Origin: Carpediemonas membranifera BICM | Lineage: Eukaryota > Protista > Fornicata | Direction of reading: 5' to 3' | DNA length: 64,000 bases | NCBI GenBank assembly: GCA_019828565.1 | Contig: JAHDYR010000024.1 | Location: forward strand, 404,834 to 468,833 | Shown: piece after piece, positions 21,003-29,740 of the stretch | Position numbering within the stretch: the stretch's first letter is position 1 | How the letters are laid out: each line of letters begins with the position of its first letter | Program-made: the position numbers and the translations under genes | Notes under the pieces: generated by a model | Database searches by the model: none | Told to the model about the DNA's origin: nothing | What the model saw: the letters and a program-made list of their open reading frames with translations, nothing else

Positions 21003-21471
21003 ATGATCGGCTCATTGGCTCAAGACGCTGACGATCCAATGGATCTCCTTGCGGACGAGGACATGCCTGATGGCGCGCCTGAGGAGAAGTGTGAGGTGTG
21101 CTTAAACGAGAAATGGCGCTACAAATGCCCTCGCTGCGGCAAGAAGACCTGTAGCCTTGCATGCGTCAACGAACACAAGAAGGAGAGCGGCTGCGACGGC
21201 CAGCGCGATGTAGCGAAGTTTGTGAGCAAAGGAGACTTCACGCTCCGTCAGCTACAGGATGGTAAGTTCCCGTCCCCGCCCTCACACAGACTACCGCTTC
21301 CTCATGAGCGCCGAGACCCAGCTCGACAGGACCCGGCGGACATACAAACACACACAAGGGTCACTGTCCAAGGCAGTGAAGAAACGAGTGGCTCCAGCTA
21401 AGCCCAGAAAGCCTGAGGTCCCCAGGACAAAGCCTGTGGCGGACACCCCCGCCCCCCAGGAGACAGAGTGA
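21003..21471 (+). CDS. zf-HIT protein, short BCD1/ZNHIT6-like form; intron at 21262-21289
   Basis: CEVC...YKCPRC...TCSLACVNEHK...CDG.R. Splicing gives LQDDYRFL, the BCD1 DYxFL motif. Confidence 0.85.
21262..21289 (+). other. 28-nt intron
   Basis: GTAAGT...CTCACACAG. Splicing restores the DYRFL frame. Confidence 0.9.
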
Positions 21472-21718
21472 AGAGCATGCATGCATGACGCGAATACATC
21501 GGAGCTAGGAGAGTCTAAACTGTCTTTGTTACCCTGAATATTACCCCTTCTTGGCCCCCAGTATTGTCTTGCCATCCATCCCTGATACCGTGATGACCCG
21601 GCGGCACTGGCAGCCAGGGACATCACCCGCACTGACGGTGTCCCAGTGCCTTGGTGGATTCGCGGTGAGTCAGGTCGGGGTCAGCATGGGATGACATGTG
21701 GACCCCGTATCGGACAAC

Positions 21719-24658
21719 ATGGGGAGACGAAAGGACGCCTTATTCGAGACATACACACTAGCACAGCTTCGTTCGGCTGTTGAGGCCTCAGAAAGGACCG
21801 TTATTGGCCTCCGTTCCCGCCTAAAGAAGGTTAAGGCCGATCGTAAGATGCTGAGGAGGCTCCTGGACGATGCTCCGGTGCTCTACTGCATGTTATCCGG
21901 CAGCTTGGGCCTTGTTGCGATGAATAGCTTCTTCCAAGAGTTTTTTGTCGCCCCCGCACAAGCCGAGGACGAACCGCGCCCCACCGAGCCAGTAGGGGGC
22001 TGCACCTGCCTGAGAACGGCGCCCGTGCTCAAGCGAAAGGTGGAGGAGGCCATAGCGCGAGCCATAGAGCAGCAAAACCCCCAGACCTTTACCGACGGCA
22101 CCGTCCGCGGTCTACCAATGACCTGGGCGGTCACGGCCCGACTCACGGCCAGGGGCACGGTGCGGTGCATCACGGTCGTTGGCGTGGTCGACGCAGACAC
22201 TGATGTGAGCGGGCTGAGTCTGTTCGAACCATGGCACTCGGCCGCAACCCCCGTTCCAGCCGAGGCGTTCGACATTTACACAATGATGAACAGCTTCAAA
22301 GCGGAGGGCTTCTGGGTGCTCGACCTGGACGAGACGCGCCCCAACGGCTACAGTGTGTCATTCGTCAGTGCAGCTGTCGAGGAGATCTGGGGGATCCCGG
22401 CGGAGGAGATCTATGCGGACGACACGCTCTTCGCCTCAGCCATCCACGAGGACGAGAGGGAGGAGACGCATGCCCAGTTCATGGAGTTTATCAGGGGCAA
22501 CAAGCCGAATTTTGTCCTGCAGCACCGCGTCCGGTCGCGAGCCACTGGTGAGGTCAGATACATATATTCGCAGGGCACTATACTGCTCTCCGACTCTGGC
22601 GAGGCGATGCAGGCCTTCGGATCCGTCACGGACATGACCGACCGGGTGAGAGATGAGGAGAAGGCCCGCAGAATACGGAGCAAGATCGCCCAGCTCACCC
22701 AGCACGTCGACGCGATTATATGGGTGATGCAGATGACTCCGCAAGGTCGGTTTGAGCTCTCCTACGTCTCTGATGCGTATGAACGGTGGACGGGCATCAC
22801 GATGGAGGAGGTCATGGCCGACCTTGAGGACTCGACGGCGATGACACTGTTGCCCGAGGAAAGGGACTGGGTACTGCGGCGGCTGGAGTACTTTTTCGAG
22901 GGTCGGGCACCGCTGAACATCTCGTACACGATCCAACACGCCATGACGGCCGAGCAGATGGTGATTCAGTGCCATACCAGCGATGTTCTCGATGAAGACG
23001 GCATGGTAGTCGCTGCGGTAGGCATTGCTAAGAACGTCACCGAGATGACCCGCATCCAGGCCGAGCTGGCGGACGTCAACGAGATGTTCCACGAGATGGC
23101 GGCGATGATCAGCGACGTATGGTGGATCTCCAAGCCCGTGGTCACCGACGACCAGGGCACCATCGTCGACGAGGACGGCAACCACGGCATCATACCATTC
23201 CAACACGTCACCCGCAGCTGCATTGATTTATTAGAGCTCACACCTGAGCAGCTCATCGAGGATCCATACATCATGTTCACACTGGTTGACGAGGCCGACA
23301 AGAGGGATATTTGCAAGGCCATCGACACATTCATGGTCCAGGTCGCTGATGACCCCACTGACATGGTGCTCGAGATCATATGGCGACTTAGGCTATCGGG
23401 CGGGCGGGTTCGTCATGCTCTGCTCCGAGTCAAACCCGTGTTGAACTGCCGTGGCACTGTGGTCCGGTTCGCGGGCACCATTAGCGACATTACTGACATG
23501 ATCGACGTCCAGAGCAGTCTGGCACAGTATCTAGAGAAATCTAATCAAATCCTGGACAACATCGATCAGATGGTCTGCCTGCTGGAGCTCGTCCCCGGGG
23601 CCCTGGCCGGCCCCGTGTGTGAGGGCCGCACCAACCCGCTCACCCGCACCGTCTTCGTCAACCCGAGCTATGAGGCGATCACCGGCTTCACAGTCGACGG
23701 GATCAAGCGGAGTCGTGCGAACGAGCACTGCAGTCTCTTCCTCTTTGATGACGAGCGGCACCGACAGTTCGACGCGTTTGTCATTGGGGAAGGCCACTCG
23801 CTGTCGATGCAGTACCCCCTGGTTCGTGCAGATGGCGCCCTCATTCATGTCAGTCTTAAGATTAACGCCATCCCCGAGGACGGTGTGCGGAAGTTCTTCG
23901 TCGCCACACTCTGTGACATCACTGAAGTTGTCACTGCCCTGTCTGACAAGGAGCTGATTGAGCAGCAGATGCACAGGGCCCAGAAGCTCGAGAGCCTGGG
24001 CGTGCTGGCTGGTGGCATCTCGCATGACTTCAACGACATCATATCGGTCATCATGGGAAACACGGACCTCGCCCTGGAGCTGGTCGAGCCCGGCACTGCC
24101 ATACATGGCATGCTATTGGAGATGATCGAAGCGGCGACCCGGGCGTGCACCTTTACGGATCAGTTGCTGTCGTACTCGGGCAAGAATAAGGGCATCATGA
24201 CGCCAGTCAACGTCACAAACCTGCTCGATGGAATGCGCACGTTCCTCACGACCAGCGTGCCCCCAAACGTCACCACGAACTGGGAGCTTCACGCCGAACA
24301 CATGCCCACCATCATCGGCGACAAGGTCCAGCTCGGCCAGGTAATCCACAACCTCTTCACCAACAGCATAGAGGCCATTGGGTCTAGTGAGGGCACGATC
24401 ACACTCTCCTCTGGCGTCACAGTCGTTGACTCGGAGCCGAGGGTCTTCGTTCGAGTGGCAGACACAGGCTGCGGAATGCCGGCTGATGTCAGGGAGCGTC
24501 TGTTCGACCCTTTTTACAGCACAAAGTTTACTGGACGTGGGCTGGGCATGGCGGCCGTGGGCGGTATCGTCAGGGCACACCGGGGATCGATAGACGTCCA
24601 GTCGGTGCCGGGGTCGGGGACGATATTCACACTGCGGTTCCCTATAGACGAGGGATAG
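21719..24658 (+). CDS. Cytoplasmic multi-PAS/PAC sensor histidine kinase with no receiver domain (bacterial type)
   Basis: About four PAS/PAC repeats. H-box [19 protein letters not shown]-box [11 protein letters not shown]1 DTGCGM, F-box [10 protein letters not shown]2 GRGLGMA. Confidence 0.93.
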
Positions 24659-24741
24659 CCGGTCAGAGTGTTGTAGAGCAGTAAAGCGCCAGAGTGTCGT
24701 GGTTGATCTCTTCACTTTTTTTTCACTTTTCAGAACACGGC

Positions 24742-24876
24742 ATGAGCACGACAAGGAGCTATGTGGAGCCCACGGCGGTATTCGTCACTGGAGAGGACGT
24801 TGATGAGTACGTACGTTGCATGGAAGAGATGAACGCCGAGATGAGGGCCAAGGATCAACTCGACATCACCATGTAG
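24742..24876 (+). CDS. 44-aa microprotein resembling APC/C subunit CDC26
   Basis: EPTAVFVTGEDVDEY resembles the CDC26 N-terminal PTxIxLxxEDIxEY pattern and is followed by a charged helix. Confidence 0.45.
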   Translation: MSTTRSYVEPTAVFVTGEDVDEYVRCMEEMNAEMRAKDQLDITM

Positions 24877-25250
24877 GCCCATTCCCGAGATTGATTGGAG
24901 AAGTAATGCCGTACCACTGGTAAGGCGATCGTATGTCCTGATAATACGTTCATTGCGGACTCAATTGCGACATAGGGCTCGTCACTTGGTGTCATTCATT
25001 AAAGACCTGCGATGACAATCGTTCTGCTCGATACGTTGAACACTGAAGCTTGATGACACCTATTCTTGTATAATAAAGGCTAATAGCTGGCCTATTCTCT
25101 CATTATTACCGTCTTCTGTCCTGAGAAGCACTTCTTCATTTCAAATTTTCAAAGCCATAAACTGGGCTTCATTTTGACATAGTAATGCAAAATAGTATTA
25201 GAGAAAAGTGGCGACAATGAGTAGACATCCGCTTCACTAGAGTATAAGAA

Positions 25251-25667
25251 ATGGCTCGTACCAAGCAAACCGCACGTAAGCAGCAGCCCGGTGGCAAGGC
25301 CCCCCGCAAGCAGCTCGCCGCTAAGGCCGCTCGTAAGACCGCCGCCGCCACTGGTGGCATGAAGAAGGTTCACCGCTTCAAGCCCGGCACTGTCGCTATC
25401 CGTGACATCAAGAAGTACCAGAAGAGCACTGAGCTCCTCATCCGCAAGCTCCCCTTCCAGCGCCTCGTCCGTGAGATCTCCCAGGACTTCCAGCTCGATC
25501 TCCGCTTCCAGTCCGCCGCTGTGAACGCCCTCCAGGAGGCTGCTGAGGCCTACCTCGTTGGCCTCTTCGAGGACACCAACCTCTGCGCCATCCACGCCCA
25601 GCGTGTGACCATCATGGAGCGCGACATGATCCTCGCCCGCCGCATCCGTGGTGAAGCCCGCGCTTAA
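25251..25667 (+). CDS. H3: Histone H3 (divergent), copy 1
   Basis: [10 protein letters not shown]...[11 protein letters not shown]...[18 protein letters not shown]. Confidence 0.98.
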   Translation: MARTKQTARKQQPGGKAPRKQLAAKAARKTAAATGGMKKVHRFKPGTVAIRDIKKYQKSTELLIRKLPFQRLVREISQDFQLDLRFQSAAVNALQEAAEAYLVGLFEDTNLCAIHAQRVTIMERDMILARRIRGEARA

Positions 25668-25688
25668 GCGACCAAACAAACCAAAAAC

Positions 25689-25704
25689 GGTGTCATCTGA
25701 CACC
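25689..25704 (+). promoter_or_regulatory. Histone 3'-UTR stem-loop-like element (also at 27599-27614 and 29508-29523)
   Basis: AAAAAC-GGTGTC-ATCT-GACACC-AC, 21 nt after the stop codon. It has a 6-bp GG...CC stem, a 4-nt loop, an A-rich 5' flank and an AC 3' flank. Confidence 0.65.
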
Positions 25705-25988
25705 ACTATCTAACAATATCAAGCCATCTTGTAAAGGAGAGAGTTTAACGTCGCTGCCTGTCGGTTTCCTGGACCAAGGTCGACTCTGCTAATGATGGCC
25801 GCATCATGCTGCTGCCACGCTGCCTCCGTCGCTGCTGTGGGGAGCTGTCGCTCGTAGGGGGCGGCGACTCGAGCAACTGTGGCATATACTAGTAAATCTC
25901 AATCACACTGCCCTGCGCCTGTAACATCCTTTCCTCGTCCCTTTATAAACCCGCCTAACATCCATAAGAGTACCGTTTCACCCCTCCA

Positions 25989-26877
25989 TTACCACCCCTG
26001 TAAGAACCGTTCGAAGTCATCCTTGGCCACGGGGTACAGCCGACGCCACTCATCCTCCAGGGCAGCAAAGGGGGATATCACCGCGCCTATTGGCAGCGAG
26101 GGCGGCTCTGAGCTGACCGAAGTAGTGGTCGAGCATCGCGTCCTCGTGTGCCCCCTCGCCGTGCAGCAGGTAGGCGACGTCCCTCATACCACATCCCTGT
26201 CCAACGTACTGGAAGTCCACTGCTGCTACTCGCCCATCCGCCGCGAAACAGAAGTTGGCCGGCTTGGCGTCGCCGTGAACGAAGGTCTGGAAGGCAGCGT
26301 CGAGGAGCTGTTGGTCGAGGTTGGCCGCCTCTCGCTTCAACCGGCCCGGCCTCATGCGTTCGTACTCCTCCTGCCGTGTAGCAAGGTGCCAGTAAGTACC
26401 GACCTCCCATATACCAGCAGGGGGACGTTGCATGAAGTGGGCGTGGAAGTGGGCAAGCCACGTCAGAGAGGCCTTCATCTCAGACGCATTCAGGGAGTGG
26501 CGGCGCAACATGAAGCCAGCGGCGTCTAGATCCTCGAGGACGAGCACGATCTCGTCCGGGATGGCCGTTGATGAGGCATAGGCCTGCGGGATTCGGCACG
26601 GACTGTTCTCGCCACAGAGTTGGGCGCCGTAGCGGTGGTAGAACTCCGTCTCAACAATGTACGAGCGCCGCTTGCGCTGGTGGCCAACGCTTGAGTCCCT
26701 TCCCTGCTTCAGACGCACGTGCTTGATGATTGCAGTGGGGCAAACGCCATTCCGGATGTTTGTGATGCGCTCGATGCTACCATATCCCTCCCACAAGGTT
26801 TGAACCCGCTTTGAAGCCGAGTACTTGTCTGATTTCAAGGCATGGCAAATGATACCATCCACAGTGCTCACTGCCAT
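25989..26877 (-). pseudogene. APH/choline-kinase-like phosphotransferase, copy 1, frameshifted near the C-terminus (or a sequencing error)
   Basis: Identical to 27899-28786 except 5 G (26070-26074) versus 4 G (27980-27983). Confidence 0.7.
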
Positions 26878-27000
26878 CGATCGTCCTGCGAGTCGGGTCG
26901 ACTGAGTTCCACTCCGCTGAATATGTGTGCTTAGAGGTTATGGGAGGTGACTGCAGGCCGAAGGTAGGCCGGAGTTTGTCCTTGCCCTCGAGACAGAAGT

Positions 27001-27153
27001 GCGCGAAAAAATGGTGATTTAAAAGGACCTGTCTACGGCATTTTATTCGTCCATCCGATGTGTTGAGCAACATAATTTGTCCAAACTTTTCGCAGTTTTG
27101 CCCGCAATTCCTTCCAAAAAAAATTGGCGCACTTCGCATTCATTCGCGCAAAA
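27001..27153. promoter_or_regulatory. Cluster of E2F/MCB-like motifs in the divergent H3/kinase promoter (repeated at ~28910-29062)
   Basis: GCGCGAAAAA (27001-27010), TTTTGCCCGC, TTGGCGC (27124-27130) and TTCGCGCAAAA in an AT-rich tract. Confidence 0.45.
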
Positions 27154-27160
27154 GAACGAA

Positions 27161-27577
27161 ATGGCTCGTACCAAGCAAACCGCACGTAAGCAGCAGCCCG
27201 GTGGCAAGGCCCCCCGCAAGCAGCTCGCCGCTAAGGCCGCTCGTAAGACCGCCGCCGCCACTGGTGGCATGAAGAAGGTTCACCGCTTCAAGCCCGGCAC
27301 TGTCGCTATCCGTGACATCAAGAAGTACCAGAAGAGCACTGAGCTCCTCATCCGCAAGCTCCCCTTCCAGCGCCTCGTCCGTGAGATCTCCCAGGACTTC
27401 CAGCTCGATCTCCGCTTCCAGTCCGCCGCTGTGAACGCCCTCCAGGAGGCTGCTGAGGCCTACCTCGTTGGCCTCTTCGAGGACACCAACCTCTGCGCCA
27501 TCCACGCCCAGCGTGTGACCATCATGGAGCGCGACATGATCCTCGCCCGCCGCATCCGTGGTGAAGCCCGCGCTTAA
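27161..27577 (+). CDS. H3: Histone H3, copy 2
   Basis: Identical to copy 1. Confidence 0.98.
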   Translation: MARTKQTARKQQPGGKAPRKQLAAKAARKTAAATGGMKKVHRFKPGTVAIRDIKKYQKSTELLIRKLPFQRLVREISQDFQLDLRFQSAAVNALQEAAEAYLVGLFEDTNLCAIHAQRVTIMERDMILARRIRGEARA

Positions 27578-27898
27578 GCGACCAAACAAACCAAAAACGG
27601 TGTCATCTGACACCACTATCTAACAATATCAAGCCATCTTGTAAAGGAGAGAGTTTAACGTCGCTGCCTGTCGGTTTCCTGGACCAAGGTCGACTCTGCT
27701 AATGATGGCCGCATCATGCTGCTGCCACGCTGCCTCCGTCGCTGCTGTGGGGAGCTGTCGCTCGTAGGGGGCGGCGACTCGAGCAACTGTGGCATATACT
27801 AGTAAATCTCAATCACACTGCCCTGCGCCTGTAACATCCTTTCCTCGTCCCTTTATAAACCCGCCTAACATCCATAAGAGTACCGTTTCACCCCTCCA

Positions 27899-28786
27899 TT
27901 ACCACCCCTGTAAGAACCGTTCGAAGTCATCCTTGGCCACGGGGTACAGCCGACGCCACTCATCCTCCAGGGCAGCAAAGGGGATATCACCGCGCCTATT
28001 GGCAGCGAGGGCGGCTCTGAGCTGACCGAAGTAGTGGTCGAGCATCGCGTCCTCGTGTGCCCCCTCGCCGTGCAGCAGGTAGGCGACGTCCCTCATACCA
28101 CATCCCTGTCCAACGTACTGGAAGTCCACTGCTGCTACTCGCCCATCCGCCGCGAAACAGAAGTTGGCCGGCTTGGCGTCGCCGTGAACGAAGGTCTGGA
28201 AGGCAGCGTCGAGGAGCTGTTGGTCGAGGTTGGCCGCCTCTCGCTTCAACCGGCCCGGCCTCATGCGTTCGTACTCCTCCTGCCGTGTAGCAAGGTGCCA
28301 GTAAGTACCGACCTCCCATATACCAGCAGGGGGACGTTGCATGAAGTGGGCGTGGAAGTGGGCAAGCCACGTCAGAGAGGCCTTCATCTCAGACGCATTC
28401 AGGGAGTGGCGGCGCAACATGAAGCCAGCGGCGTCTAGATCCTCGAGGACGAGCACGATCTCGTCCGGGATGGCCGTTGATGAGGCATAGGCCTGCGGGA
28501 TTCGGCACGGACTGTTCTCGCCACAGAGTTGGGCGCCGTAGCGGTGGTAGAACTCCGTCTCAACAATGTACGAGCGCCGCTTGCGCTGGTGGCCAACGCT
28601 TGAGTCCCTTCCCTGCTTCAGACGCACGTGCTTGATGATTGCAGTGGGGCAAACGCCATTCCGGATGTTTGTGATGCGCTCGATGCTACCATATCCCTCC
28701 CACAAGGTTTGAACCCGCTTTGAAGCCGAGTACTTGTCTGATTTCAAGGCATGGCAAATGATACCATCCACAGTGCTCACTGCCAT
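27899..28786 (-). CDS. Bacterial-type APH/choline/ecdysteroid-kinase-like phosphotransferase (DUF1679-like)
   Basis: QTLWEGYG, SY.VE..FY, LVLEDL, GTYWHLATR, HGDAKPANF (Brenner motif) and DFQYVG. Confidence 0.88.
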   Translation of the reverse strand: MAVSTVDGIICHALKSDKYSASKRVQTLWEGYGSIERITNIRNGVCPTAIIKHVRLKQGRDSSVGHQRKRRSYIVETEFYHRYGAQLCGENSPCRIPQAYASSTAIPDEIVLVLEDLDAAGFMLRRHSLNASEMKASLTWLAHFHAHFMQRPPAGIWEVGTYWHLATRQEEYERMRPGRLKREAANLDQQLLDAAFQTFVHGDAKPANFCFAADGRVAAVDFQYVGQGCGMRDVAYLLHGEGAHEDAMLDHYFGQLRAALAANRRGDIPFAALEDEWRRLYPVAKDDFERFLQGW

Positions 28787-29069
28787 CGATCGTCCTGCGA
28801 GTCGGGTCGACTGAGTTCCACTCCGCTGAATATGTGTGCTTAGAGGTTATGGGAGGTGACTGCAGGCCGAAGGTAGGCCGGAGTTTGTCCTTGCCCTCGA
28901 GACAGAAGTGCGCGAAAAAATGGTGATTTAAAAGGACCTGTCTACGGCATTTTATTCGTCCATCCGATGTGTTGAGCAACATAATTTGTCCAAACTTTTC
29001 GCAGTTTTGCCCGCAATTCCTTCCAAAAAAAATTGGCGCACTTCGCATTCATTCGCGCAAAAGAACGAA

Positions 29070-29486
29070 ATGGCTCGTACCAAGCAAACCGCACGTAAGC
29101 AGCAGCCCGGTGGCAAGGCCCCCCGCAAGCAGCTCGCCGCTAAGGCCGCTCGTAAGACCGCCGCCGCCACTGGTGGCATGAAGAAGGTTCACCGCTTCAA
29201 GCCCGGCACTGTCGCTATCCGTGACATCAAGAAGTACCAGAAGAGCACTGAGCTCCTCATCCGCAAGCTCCCCTTCCAGCGCCTCGTCCGTGAGATCTCC
29301 CAGGACTTCCAGCTCGATCTCCGCTTCCAGTCCGCCGCTGTGAACGCCCTCCAGGAGGCTGCTGAGGCCTACCTCGTTGGCCTCTTCGAGGACACCAACC
29401 TCTGCGCCATCCACGCCCAGCGTGTGACCATCATGGAGCGCGACATGATCCTCGCCCGCCGCATCCGTGGTGAAGCCCGCGCTTAA
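29070..29486 (+). CDS. H3: Histone H3, copy 3
   Basis: Identical to copy 1. Confidence 0.98.
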   Translation: MARTKQTARKQQPGGKAPRKQLAAKAARKTAAATGGMKKVHRFKPGTVAIRDIKKYQKSTELLIRKLPFQRLVREISQDFQLDLRFQSAAVNALQEAAEAYLVGLFEDTNLCAIHAQRVTIMERDMILARRIRGEARA

Positions 29487-29740
29487 GCGACCAAACAAAC
29501 CAAAAACGGTGTCATCTGACACCACTATCTAACAATATCAAGCCATCTTGTAAAGGAGAGAGTTTAACGTCGCTGCCTGTCGGTTTCCTGGACCAAGGTC
29601 GACTCTGCTAATGATGGCCGCATCATGCTGCTGCCACGCTGCCTCCGTCGCTGCTGTGGGGAGCTGTCGCTCGTAGGGGGCGGCGACTCAGCAACTGGCA
29701 TCATCACAACCACTTGTCCGTCGCCGCGCGAAGCGCCAGC

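Larger units (their letters stand above)
25248..29689. repeat. Tandem array with a ~1909/1910-bp unit, ~2.3 copies (H3-kinase-H3-kinase-H3)
   Basis: 25248-27157 and 27158-29066 appear identical except for one G in a homopolymer. 29067-29689 is a partial third copy. Confidence 0.97.

Noticed and set aside
21590-21635. Box C (GTGATGA) and CTGA suggesting a C/D snoRNA
   Set aside because: The spacing is short, there is no terminal stem flanking the boxes, and the guide region would be locked in strong helices.
25200-25250. CTAG near the array boundaries as a Helitron terminus
   Set aside because: There is no convincing subterminal hairpin, TC start or Rep/helicase gene.
25248-29689. CRISPR array or LTR element
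   Set aside because: The units are gene-sized and identical, with no spacers, PBS/PPT or reverse transcriptase/integrase coding sequence.
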